Position numbers and translations under genes: made by a program. The notes under the pieces are model-generated. The model ran no database searches. It saw only the letters and a program-made list of their open reading frames with translations, and was not told where the DNA came from. From a virus (taxonomy: Duplodnaviria > Caudoviricetes), in IMG/VR virus record IMGVR_UViG_3300028024_000181, positions 1 through 50,700 of that record: a stretch of 50,700 nt of DNA; one strand, written 5' to 3'. This document shows, piece by piece, positions 1 through 7,961 of the stretch; within the stretch, counting starts at the first letter, position 1, and each line of letters begins with the position of its first letter.

Positions 1-1053
1 TCAACGCAGGGGCCGAACCCGCTCCGGTTTTCTCCGGTAAATCCGCTGCGTTACCTTGCCGTCGGCGTGCGCAAGAAGCGCCTGCGCGTGCTCGAGCGTC
101 TCGGCATCGCTGGCGCATTTCGCCCGCAAATCGTGCTCAGTAAAGTGCTCCGTGATCTTCGTTTCCTCGAGCACGCGGGTCAGGAAATTGCGCCACATCG
201 TGTCCCATCCGCCGGCGCGCCCGGTCTTCTCGTTGAAGTAGCATTCCCCCCGACGATTGCAGAACAACCACGACGCGATCTTCACCGGCCGAACTGACTT
301 GGCCATCTCCACTGCCTCGCGCAGCTGCTCGCTCCATTCGTAAATCAGCCGTTTGCCGGTCGACCCTTCGGTCTTTCCGGGCATCACGTGGATGCCGTCC
401 TCCTTGAGGTCCGACATCGTCAGTCGAAGCAGGTCGCCGCGGCGCATGCCGGTCAGCAGCTTCAGGCGCATATATGCCTGGATGGCCAGCACGCTGCCGG
501 CTTTGCGCTTCGATTCGATCGCAAGGCATTCGACGATCTCCCAATCCTCCACATACCGCGTGCGTGGCTTCTCGCCATCGAGGCGGACCTCGCCTTTAAA
601 TGGGTGCCGGTCGAGGTAGCCCCATTTGACTGCCATCGTGAAGGCGTGCGAAAGCACCTCGATCTCGCGGTGCGCCGAGGTCTTGGCGGCGCGCTTGTCG
701 ACGTATTGGTAAATGTGTCGCGGCTTCAGGGCATGGAGCGCGTGAGCGCCCATGACGGCGCGTAGACGTTTGATCGCGCTGGCGTTCTGGGCCTGCGTCG
801 TGACTTCCTTCTTCGGTACGACCTCGAGCGCATAGCGGTCGAGAAGATCGCCGATGGTCTTCGCATCGTCGAGCGTACTCAGCCGATCGGCCCATGTCTT
901 GTACGCCTCCGGCAGCGTCGAGCCAAGCCGGAATTGCTTCTTGCCGTCCCATGATGATTCGAACCCCGGCGGCACGCGGTAGTAATAGGCGTTGTGATAA
1001 TGCCGCCAACGTCTGGGGAGGCCGTTATTCTCGACCTTACGCTTCTTCGGCAT
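1..1053 (-). CDS. int: Tyrosine recombinase / phage integrase
   Basis: Catalytic residues: GMRRGDL (R), KT, HDLR, LLAH, RIY. Confidence 0.95.
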   Translation of the reverse strand: MPKKRKVENNGLPRRWRHYHNAYYYRVPPGFESSWDGKKQFRLGSTLPEAYKTWADRLSTLDDAKTIGDLLDRYALEVVPKKEVTTQAQNASAIKRLRAVMGAHALHALKPRHIYQYVDKRAAKTSAHREIEVLSHAFTMAVKWGYLDRHPFKGEVRLDGEKPRTRYVEDWEIVECLAIESKRKAGSVLAIQAYMRLKLLTGMRRGDLLRLTMSDLKEDGIHVMPGKTEGSTGKRLIYEWSEQLREAVEMAKSVRPVKIASWLFCNRRGECYFNEKTGRAGGWDTMWRNFLTRVLEETKITEHFTEHDLRAKCASDAETLEHAQALLAHADGKVTQRIYRRKPERVRPLR

Positions 1054-1275
1054 TTACGCGGCGCTCCAATCGAACGCGTCCACCGGCTCCGCCTGCTTGT
1101 CGGCACGCGCGCCAAATTGCTGTTTGACGTGCTCGCGAAGCACCATGACCCGTCCGTCCGGACGGATCTTGTGTTCGATGCCGAGCGCGCGCAGAACATG
1201 CGCCTGACTGGCGCGCTGACGCCGGTCGGTCAGTTCGATGAGATCTTCGTGGGTCAGAAACATCGAGTCGGACAT
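1054..1275 (-). CDS. Excisionase-like DUF4224-type protein
   Basis: MFLTHEDLIELTDRRQRASQAHVLRALGIEH..RPDGR motif; directly upstream of int; GGAG RBS before ATG 1275. Confidence 0.8.
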   Translation of the reverse strand: MSDSMFLTHEDLIELTDRRQRASQAHVLRALGIEHKIRPDGRVMVLREHVKQQFGARADKQAEPVDAFDWSAA

Positions 1276-1333
1276 GTCTATGCTCCAAGCCAAAATTTGC
1301 GCGTGATATCGATCATGCGTTGTGCTGCTTCGA

Positions 1334-1759
1334 TCACGCGATTGCTCCGAGGTCGTGCATCTGGCGCAATTGCTCTGCGACGTCGGTCGGCACGTTGAAA
1401 AAGCCGAGCGCGCCCTTGCATGCGACAAAAGGAATGGGTTTCGGGCACGCGAGCTCGAAGCCGTACTGACCGCCCATATGCCAGGGCGACGTACGCCGGT
1501 CCGGGTGCGCGCAGCCGACAATCGTCGCCGCTCCAACAATGCCGCCGCGATCGAGCTGCTCGCGAGGCGGGAAGAACCCTCGATATCCGACGTGCAGCGC
1601 GGTGGCAAGCGCATCGTCGTATTCGTCGCGCGTCATACCTTTGCCAGCATGGATCAGTACACGGCCGCGATAATTCGTCGACCAGGTCCGGTTCTCGACA
1701 TCCTTGTGGTCGTTGACGATGAGCCACGCCCACGGTTGGCGGATGGAAAGGGCTTTCAT
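1334..1759 (-). CDS. ASCH domain protein
   Basis: MKALSIRQPWAWLIV..KDVENRTW..YRGRVLIHA signature. Confidence 0.9.
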   Translation of the reverse strand: MKALSIRQPWAWLIVNDHKDVENRTWSTNYRGRVLIHAGKGMTRDEYDDALATALHVGYRGFFPPREQLDRGGIVGAATIVGCAHPDRRTSPWHMGGQYGFELACPKPIPFVACKGALGFFNVPTDVAEQLRQMHDLGAIA

Positions 1760-1974
1760 GCCGCGTGTACCTCGCAATAGTGTGGGCCGAGTTGGTTCGT
1801 CAGACAGGTGCAGACCGGGCCGACCGGCCGCGGCGCGGCGGCGAGTGCGATTCCGTACATGTCGATCGAACCGTCGGACATGAAGAGGTGCTGGTAGCCG
1901 GCTGCGCGCAGCTTGTCTGCGATTTCCCGGAACGTGCGTTCGGAAACAGCTAGCGTTGCGACCGCGCGTGTCAT
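1756..1974 (-). CDS. Hypothetical phage protein
   Basis: ATGA-coupled to both neighbours. Confidence 0.6.
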   Translation of the reverse strand: MTRAVATLAVSERTFREIADKLRAAGYQHLFMSDGSIDMYGIALAAAPRPVGPVCTCLTNQLGPHYCEVHAA

Positions 1975-2969
1975 CGAGTGCTCCACACGGATGGAAAGCC
2001 GTCATGGGTCTCGCCGTCGAGGGTGCGGCCGGCGGCGCGTTTGCCGACCCGGCGAACGGTGCTGCCATCTTCAAATTGGTGATGAGCGCCGGCGCCGGCC
2101 ACCTCACTGACCGATACCCACTCGCCATTCTGTTTGAACAGGAACGGCACTCGCGCTGCAGCGCACTGATCGCGCAGCGACCGCGCCCATTGCGGATGCA
2201 TCGGACGGGCTGCCGGGCCGCTTTCGCCACCGGCAATAACCCAGTCGATTCCGTCGTCATAGCCGGTCCAGCTCGCGACCTCGCCGCAATGTGGGCAGAG
2301 GGGAATATCCTCATCCGCGCAGTCGGCTCGCTCGATGCTGTCGACGTCGACATAGGACGAGTCTGGGCAAACGTCCATGCACTGGACGCCCGTTGGATCT
2401 AGCCACCGAGCGATGTCAATCGGGCCGAGCATGGGTTCGACGCTTAGGAAGCGAACTTGCGCTGGCGTCTTCAGTAATTTGGGGATATCCCGCTCTGCCT
2501 CTTCTTGATTGACCACCGTAATGCCGAGCCATACATTATCGCGACCGGCAATCCAGTCGTGCGATCGCACACGCGCAATCTCGCGGAAGGCGTTGCCGAT
2601 GCGCTTCGTCAGCAACAGCCAGTTGAGATTCGGAGTGAGTTCGATCAGGTCGCACAAGTCGCGGCGCCAAGTGACGTCGACGTCGGTGTCGAACACATCG
2701 GCAAGCGAAGCGCAGAAGACGCGCTGCCGGCGGCCGTGCTCGGCGAAGAACGATACATGGTTCGCGTTCCACTGAAGCGGCTTGCGCCAGTTGGCCGCCG
2801 ACGTGCGGCGGCGCGTTGCACCGGGCCCCCAGTTGATTGCTGTACCGCTGGCAAACCGCGCATTGCGAGCTTCGGCATAGCAGTGGTCGCAGCCGGGGCT
2901 AACCTTCTGGCATCCTTCCCACGGGTTAAACGTGTGATCGGTCCACTCGATTTTGCTGTTCTCGCTCAA
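1971..2969 (-). CDS. Phage Gp37/Gp68 (DUF5131) family protein
   Basis: SKIEWTDHTFNPWEGCQKVSPGCDHCYA, LLLTKR, FLSVEPMLG, WVIAGGESG motifs. Confidence 0.92.
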   Translation of the reverse strand: MSENSKIEWTDHTFNPWEGCQKVSPGCDHCYAEARNARFASGTAINWGPGATRRRTSAANWRKPLQWNANHVSFFAEHGRRQRVFCASLADVFDTDVDVTWRRDLCDLIELTPNLNWLLLTKRIGNAFREIARVRSHDWIAGRDNVWLGITVVNQEEAERDIPKLLKTPAQVRFLSVEPMLGPIDIARWLDPTGVQCMDVCPDSSYVDVDSIERADCADEDIPLCPHCGEVASWTGYDDGIDWVIAGGESGPAARPMHPQWARSLRDQCAAARVPFLFKQNGEWVSVSEVAGAGAHHQFEDGSTVRRVGKRAAGRTLDGETHDGFPSVWSTR

Positions 2970-3181
2970 TTTTGCATCTCCCGGAGTGTCTCGGCATGCC
3001 TCTCGGTGAGACGCGCGTGGAAAGCCGTCAATGCATGGGTGACCGCGTCAAACTCTTTCTCAATGCCGAGTTTGAAGGCGTCGGGAAGCATGTCGTTAAG
3101 AAGCTTCGCTATGGCCGTCGTCCTGTCATCAAGCCGGTGCGTCGCGTCGTGCAATTGCGCTGACGTATAGTTGCTCATCAC
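2966..3181 (-). CDS. Hypothetical protein
   Basis: Overlap-coupled ORF in early operon. Confidence 0.6.
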   Translation of the reverse strand: MMSNYTSAQLHDATHRLDDRTTAIAKLLNDMLPDAFKLGIEKEFDAVTHALTAFHARLTERHAETLREMQN

Positions 3182-3726
3182 TCACCACCGCTTGCTGGCT
3201 GCGCGGCGCGAAAAGCGTTGCGCATGCGACGGCTGAAGTCGTGTTCGAATCCTCGATCATCAAACCAGGCGACAATTGCTCTATCAATCTGCTCATCCGT
3301 CAGCGCCCGCGTCTGCTCCACTGGTTGCGCTGGCGCGGCAGTTTCGTCACGCTGCGCACGGTACAAATCGACTTCGAGGCGAAGCACCTGTGCGGCCTTC
3401 TTGACCCGTTCGATTGCATTGAGAGATTCATCCTCTTGCCGCTCGTCGTCGCCGATGATAGTGGCGTAGACCTCTGCCAACGTCTCAGTCATGCGCTGCG
3501 CAACGTACGCGTCCTCGCCCAATGCTGGCGCGGCAGGGGCTAACTCCAATAGCCTTCGGATCGCTGTAAGAACAAACTTGGCAGCACCGGCGTGCGCCCT
3601 TATCGGGAAATAGACGCGCGGCTGAACCCGGGCAATCTCTTCGATCTCGGGCGAGAGTGCCTCCGCGAATCCAATGCGACCGCCTTCGGCTATGAGCCAA
3701 CCTACCAGGGTTAGATCAGCAGTCAT
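3178..3726 (-). CDS. Hypothetical phage protein
   Basis: Coupled ORF with ALTDEQI motif common in mosaic early phage proteins. Confidence 0.65.
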   Translation of the reverse strand: MTADLTLVGWLIAEGGRIGFAEALSPEIEEIARVQPRVYFPIRAHAGAAKFVLTAIRRLLELAPAAPALGEDAYVAQRMTETLAEVYATIIGDDERQEDESLNAIERVKKAAQVLRLEVDLYRAQRDETAAPAQPVEQTRALTDEQIDRAIVAWFDDRGFEHDFSRRMRNAFRAAQPASGGE

Positions 3727-4133
3727 GCTTCGCCTCGCGCTTGCTTGATCGCATCGGAGATAGCCACCATGTCCGCCCAGTACGTGCTTTTGGATGGCCG
3801 AAAGTTCGGGTCGGCGATGATCAACTGCGCGAGAAGGCCATCGAGCGCGGCGTGCGCTTTTTCGAGCAGCTGCAAATGATCACTAGACGCCGCCGGCGGC
3901 TGAGGCACATACGGACCGTGCAGCGTGAGCGTGCTGAGGAAGCGGTCCGGTGCTAGCTCGTGATCGATCGCCAGGCAGAAGACGCGGCCGCCCTGCGAGA
4001 CGAGCGGCACCAACAGGTCTGGATTCTTCGTATCGCCGCCGATATAGATGCCTTCCTTGCCGAGCATCGCGCGGACCTGCGGCTGCAGGGGGTCGATCTC
4101 TTCGGCTTGGCCAATGAGGATTGGATTTTTCAC
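3723..4133 (-). CDS. Hypothetical phage protein
   Basis: Coupled ORF with GTGA/ATGA overlaps. Confidence 0.65.
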   Translation of the reverse strand: MKNPILIGQAEEIDPLQPQVRAMLGKEGIYIGGDTKNPDLLVPLVSQGGRVFCLAIDHELAPDRFLSTLTLHGPYVPQPPAASSDHLQLLEKAHAALDGLLAQLIIADPNFRPSKSTYWADMVAISDAIKQARGEA

Positions 4134-4741
4134 TTCGCTTGCTCCTGCAGGGCGGCGATTTTTTCACGCGCGGCGGCGACATCGGCATCGGCATGAGTCG
4201 CCCATTCGGCGCCGTGCGCGAGTACGTGTTTGATCAGCCAATGGAGGCAATAAGCCTGTTCATCTTCGGCGCGCGTCTTGATATCGGCGCCGACGGACCG
4301 GAACAGGTGCGCATAGCGCGCCAGCTGGAAGCACATCATGCCGAGCACGTGGTGCAGCTCGGGTGTCATCTCGGACGGATATGCGAGCGACAACAGATCC
4401 GCGGGCGGCCGAGCGAGGGCCTGGGCAATTCGTGGATGAAACGCGAGGTAGTCGAGATCCGGGTCGACCATGTCGTTGTTCATGATCATGCTGAAGCCCC
4501 AGATCACTCGAAACATGCCGCCCGGCGCCGAATCGAGACACCCCTTTACGCGGTCATAGAACGCACGCAGATGCTCGGAATCGTCGGCATCGAAGAACGT
4601 CGGCTCGTCGGGATCTTCTGCGTTGGGCGCCGACGGGTAATAACCCTTATCGATATCGCCGAGGACGCTCGCGAGTTCTATCGCCGCGTCGATGTCCTGC
4701 TTGGAAGCCTTCGCCATCTTCATCTGGGATTTGATTTTCAC
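4130..4741 (-). CDS. Hypothetical phage protein
   Basis: GTG start overlapping upstream stop (GTGA); protein-like composition. Confidence 0.7.
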   Translation of the reverse strand: MKIKSQMKMAKASKQDIDAAIELASVLGDIDKGYYPSAPNAEDPDEPTFFDADDSEHLRAFYDRVKGCLDSAPGGMFRVIWGFSMIMNNDMVDPDLDYLAFHPRIAQALARPPADLLSLAYPSEMTPELHHVLGMMCFQLARYAHLFRSVGADIKTRAEDEQAYCLHWLIKHVLAHGAEWATHADADVAAAREKIAALQEQAK

Positions 4742-4977
4742 TGTTTGCTCTCCGGTGCGTTGTGGACGCGGCCTTCGTTGTTCGCGATGAATTCCTTCAA
4801 GGCGACCAACATGTCTGCGCGTTCCGCATTGCTGATGTAGTTCATTCGGCCGCCGTTGCCGTCGAGTGGGAATATGAAGAGCGCGAAGCCGTATCCCTTG
4901 AAAATATTGGCCATGACGGCGGCGACATCGTTCATCGACTTCCGGTGCTGCGGCTCGATCTCTCGGTGGTTGCTCAT
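4738..4977 (-). CDS. Conserved hypothetical phage protein
   Basis: GFALFIFP..GRMNYISNAERADM motif; GAGGA RBS. Confidence 0.7.
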   Translation of the reverse strand: MSNHREIEPQHRKSMNDVAAVMANIFKGYGFALFIFPLDGNGGRMNYISNAERADMLVALKEFIANNEGRVHNAPESKQ

Positions 4978-5171
4978 TGGTGTTCCTCAAATAGGTCGGT
5001 CTGCGCCGCTGCATCGACGTGCTCCGGACAGCGGTGCAGATCGGCGCCGACCACCTGTGCGTGCTTCGCACACAGGTGCCTGTCGCACGTCCTGCCGGCC
5101 CTTGTCGGGTAGTCGCACTGGAAGCCGCTCGGTGCATTGCAACCGTCGACAGAGCAGCGGGGCGCACGCAT
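4974..5171 (-). CDS. Small Cys/His-rich putative Zn-binding protein
   Basis: C..C..CDYP..TCDRHLC..HA..C..H pattern; ATGA-coupled to next gene. Confidence 0.65.
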   Translation of the reverse strand: MRAPRCSVDGCNAPSGFQCDYPTRAGRTCDRHLCAKHAQVVGADLHRCPEHVDAAAQTDLFEEHQ

Positions 5172-5541
5172 GCGGCCGCGCGTGCAGACGATTCGGGCGG
5201 TTAGCGGCCCACTCCCTCCACTTAACAGCCTGTTTGCTGATGCTCTCCGTCAGACGGATCACGGACCAATACTGACGGTCCGTGATCTCATTCAAGTCCC
5301 ACGCAAGACGGAAAAGCGACTCGACGATCTTTACGCGCTCGATCAGCTGGGACAGGTGCGGTACCTTGTCCTCGGCGACATTGGCGCGATAGACGAGAAT
5401 CAGCAGTCGCTTCATCTCTTCGACGATATCCTCGCCGATCAATCGCCTGAACGAGCGTTCCATGTTTTTGACGATGCCTGTGACCTTCTTGAAAAGGTCA
5501 AATCCCGTCTTGTACACGTCGAGTTCGGTGTGGAGGGCCAT
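4987..5541 (-). CDS. avd: DGR accessory variability determinant (Avd-like four-helix bundle), with read-through C-terminal extension
   Basis: MALHTELDVYK..F+..IGE..LVYRAN..K..L..LI..LFRL..DL..I..QY..SISKQA.KW pattern; directly downstream of two VR-bearing genes; last ~65 codons look non-coding and overlap the next gene. Confidence 0.85.
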   Translation of the reverse strand: MALHTELDVYKTGFDLFKKVTGIVKNMERSFRRLIGEDIVEEMKRLLILVYRANVAEDKVPHLSQLIERVKIVESLFRLAWDLNEITDRQYWSVIRLTESISKQAVKWREWAANRPNRLHARPHACAPLLCRRLQCTERLPVRLPDKGRQDVRQAPVCEARTGGRRRSAPLSGARRCSGADRPI

Positions 5542-5554
5542 AGTGGCTAAATGA

Positions 5555-6022
5555 TTAAATTACTGAAGGAATAAATCTGCTGACGGCGACCCCGCGGAGC
5601 TCAGCGCTCTTGAGGAGGCTGATCTGGAGGCCGTAGAAGAAGTTCTGACACCAGGCGGAAGCTGGATTGCCCTCATAGTCCTCTTCGAGCCACATGCTCC
5701 CCTCGGCGCAGAACTCCGGGAATGTGGCCTGCAAGAGACGTCCTTCGCGGCGATTGGGGAGCTTGAGGTCGCGATCGCCAACATATGCCTTCGCGGCGTC
5801 GTGATTGACATCGGTAGCTTCGCCCGTGTGCAGGATCAGGTAATAGTCGAGCGAACCGTCTTCCTTGAAGATCGGTCCGGCGACGCGTGCGCCGCTTGGG
5901 AGCGGGATCACCGTCCGCTCGATGACATACTCGGTGGCGATGGCTTGCTGCTTGAACTGCTCGATTAGCGCGCCGATGCGTGCATGTTCGGACTCGATGT
6001 GATCCAGTGTGACGTGGGACAT
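5555..6022 (-). CDS. DGR target protein 2 (DUF1566/CLec-like) with C-terminal variable region
   Basis: LPNRRE..LL..F..W..AWCQNFFYGLQ....KSAELRGVAVSRF; GGAGAG RBS before ATG 6022. Confidence 0.85.
   Translation of the reverse strand: MSHVTLDHIESEHARIGALIEQFKQQAIATEYVIERTVIPLPSGARVAGPIFKEDGSLDYYLILHTGEATDVNHDAAKAYVGDRDLKLPNRREGRLLQATFPEFCAEGSMWLEEDYEGNPASAWCQNFFYGLQISLLKSAELRGVAVSRFIPSVI
5574..5667 (-). repeat. DGR variable repeat, copy A
   Basis: 94 bp, 81/94 identical to 6071-6164; 37-bp invariant 3' part. Confidence 0.9.
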
Positions 6023-6060
6023 TGAATCTCTCCGGATGGAAGTTCGAATGAGTGAATGAA

Positions 6061-6420
6061 TCAAATAGTGAATCTGCTGACGGCGACCCCGCGGAGCTCA
6101 GCGCTCTCGTGGTTGCCGTACTGGCCGCCGTAGTAGCAGTTCTGATACCAGGCGTAAGCTGGATCCCAGTCGACATCGTCGTCGGTCCAGTAGGCCTCGG
6201 GCTTTACGAGATCGCGGTGCTCGTTGTAGATCACGAGAGCGTCGATGCGGTTGTACAGAACGCCGCCGACGCTCTTTGCCCAGTCACGCTGCAGATCGCG
6301 CGGCAGGCGCTTGTCGTTCACGGCGATCAGCACGGTGTGCTCGACATCGCCGTGTTTATTGATGCGGCCGTGCAGATAGATTTGGCCCTCTGCAACGGGC
6401 GGAAGTTGGAGTTGTTGCAT
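6061..6420 (-). CDS. DGR target protein 1 (DUF1566/CLec-like) with C-terminal variable region
   Basis: WAKSVGG.L..R....YWT..AYAWYQNCYYGGQYGNHESAELRGVAVSRF; AAGGAG RBS. Confidence 0.85.
   Translation of the reverse strand: MQQLQLPPVAEGQIYLHGRINKHGDVEHTVLIAVNDKRLPRDLQRDWAKSVGGVLYNRIDALVIYNEHRDLVKPEAYWTDDDVDWDPAYAWYQNCYYGGQYGNHESAELRGVAVSRFTI
6071..6164 (-). repeat. DGR variable repeat, copy B
   Basis: 13 mismatches versus copy A, all at codon positions 1-2. Confidence 0.9.
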
Positions 6421-6435
6421 TACTTCTCCTTAAGA

Positions 6436-6462
6436 GAAAAAGGACCGGGCCGAAGCCCGGCC
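6436..6462 (-). terminator. Intrinsic terminator upstream of DGR target genes
   Basis: Minus strand GGCCGGGC-TTCG-GCCCGGTC followed by CTTTTT. Confidence 0.7.
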
Positions 6463-6488
6463 AAACACACGCCGCGCCGATGAGAGGG

Positions 6489-6704
6489 TCAGCGCGCCGG
6501 ACTACTTTGTTTGACGTTCGAGGCGCCGCGTGCGATCACGACCGGACCGACGTGCAGCACGACTCGCTCGCCGCGATCGCGCGCGAGCATCTCGACGAAT
6601 TCGGCGCAGAGCACCTGCGTCGCGCTGTCCGTCGGTACCCGCGAAGTGGCGTACACGCGCGCAGCGTCCAGGAACGCTCCGCGGCGGCGCGGTTCGCCGT
6701 ACAT
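6489..6704 (-). CDS. Hypothetical protein
   Basis: TGATG-coupled to upstream gene. Confidence 0.5.
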   Translation of the reverse strand: MYGEPRRRGAFLDAARVYATSRVPTDSATQVLCAEFVEMLARDRGERVVLHVGPVVIARGASNVKQSSPAR

Positions 6705-7228
6705 CAGTTGCCCGCCACTCGATAGTTGGCCGGCTGCGTATCGGTGCGCGATTGCAGCTCGGCGGGTTTGAGGGAGCAGTCGAAGCCGGCGGCGCGGTAG
6801 GCGTCATAGACCTCTTTGCTCACCTGGCAGCGGATGAGGACAGCCGCTTTCTGCAGGTTCGTTTTCGTCGTCGCGTCGTCGGTGACGGTGGACTGACGAA
6901 CGGTCTCGGCTGCGGCGACCTCAAGCTTGCAGTCGAGCAGGCTATGGGATGCGCCGCCGACCAGCGACACGCCAGCGATCGCACCACCGAACTGGACGGT
7001 CTGGCCACAGTTCATCTGAGAGAAAGAAGACGCGTAAGCCCCCAGGACCGGAGCCGAAACATTCCGAACGGTCTCCGTTGTATGTTCCGGTGTCTGCGAA
7101 AATTGGATCGTGCCCTGCGCAGTGGACTGGGACGCGCTCGATTGCGTCGCTACGGACGACGATTGAGCTTGTGCGTGGCCGATAGCCCCCAGTGCTAGAA
7201 TCAACGCGACGGCGAATTTGGTGTTCAT
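6704..7228 (-). CDS. Secreted four-cysteine protein
   Basis: Signal peptide MNTKFAVALILALGAIGHAQA; Ser/Thr/Gln-rich N-terminus; four Cys. Confidence 0.8.
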   Translation of the reverse strand: MNTKFAVALILALGAIGHAQAQSSSVATQSSASQSTAQGTIQFSQTPEHTTETVRNVSAPVLGAYASSFSQMNCGQTVQFGGAIAGVSLVGGASHSLLDCKLEVAAAETVRQSTVTDDATTKTNLQKAAVLIRCQVSKEVYDAYRAAGFDCSLKPAELQSRTDTQPANYRVAGN

Positions 7229-7290
7229 CGTTACACCCCCAAGGTGTGTGGTCGGGCCTTCGATATTTCCGGTATCGAAGGCCTTCTTCC

Positions 7291-7725
7291 TTATTGGCTG
7301 AAGGAATAGCTGCCGGCGAGGTTCGTGTAGCCGTAGCCGCTGACGTCGGTGCCCACGCCCGACTTGCTCGAGCCATAGCCCGAACCACTCGTATAGCCGC
7401 CAGCATTCGCGTTCGAGACGCTGCCGGTGTAGCTGCCGGACGCCGATGCACCGCCGCCGATGCCTGCGAAACCGTACGAGCCGATGCCGGCGCCGATGAC
7501 GGTCCCGCCGATTGCATAGCCGCCGCCGGCGGAATTGCTCCACTGCGACGAAGAGCCATTGCCGTTCTGACCGGCCTCGGCCTGCGAGCCGCCCGACGTG
7601 CTGGACGACGAACCAAAGCCACCGCTGAACGACAGCGAACTGTTGCTCGAATAACCGCCTGCGAATGCCGCCGGTGCCGCGGCGAGGGAAAGTGTTGCGA
7701 GGACTGCGAGAGTGATGCGCTTCAT
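7291..7725 (-). CDS. Secreted Gly/Ser-rich low-complexity protein
   Basis: Signal peptide MKRITLAVLATLSLAAAPAAFA; mature part dominated by G/S/A/N/Y; GAGG RBS. Confidence 0.85.
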   Translation of the reverse strand: MKRITLAVLATLSLAAAPAAFAGGYSSNSSLSFSGGFGSSSSTSGGSQAEAGQNGNGSSSQWSNSAGGGYAIGGTVIGAGIGSYGFAGIGGGASASGSYTGSVSNANAGGYTSGSGYGSSKSGVGTDVSGYGYTNLAGSYSFSQ

Positions 7726-7782
7726 GGTCTACCTCAGGTTGGTTGGTCGCGCGGTAGTCCGGCCGCGCCCGGTACTGCGGAG

Positions 7783-7959
7783 TCAGTCGTGTTTCGCGTC
7801 TTCCGGCGGCCGCTCGATGGCGGCGCGGTAATAGGCTTCGGCAAAGCGGTATAGCGCGCTGACCGGGCCCGACACGCTTTGATATTCCTGGCGTCCGATC
7901 CGACCGTCGAGAACGACGGTTAGGCCAGCAGCGCGCGCGAGTTCAATGATGTCGGGCAT
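7783..7959 (-). CDS. Small conserved hypothetical protein
   Basis: IIELARAAGLTVVLDGRIGRQEYQSVSG..AL.RFA motif. Confidence 0.7.
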   Translation of the reverse strand: MPDIIELARAAGLTVVLDGRIGRQEYQSVSGPVSALYRFAEAYYRAAIERPPEDAKHD

Positions 7960-7961
7960 CG

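Noticed and set aside
1-60. att site or tRNA integration target
   Set aside because: The window begins at the integrase stop codon; flanks are not included and no tRNA is recognisable
5574-6164. One of the two repeats being the DGR template repeat
   Set aside because: Both lie in-frame at gene 3' ends, and neither has A at all mismatched positions (e.g. CTC vs GGC), so both are VRs
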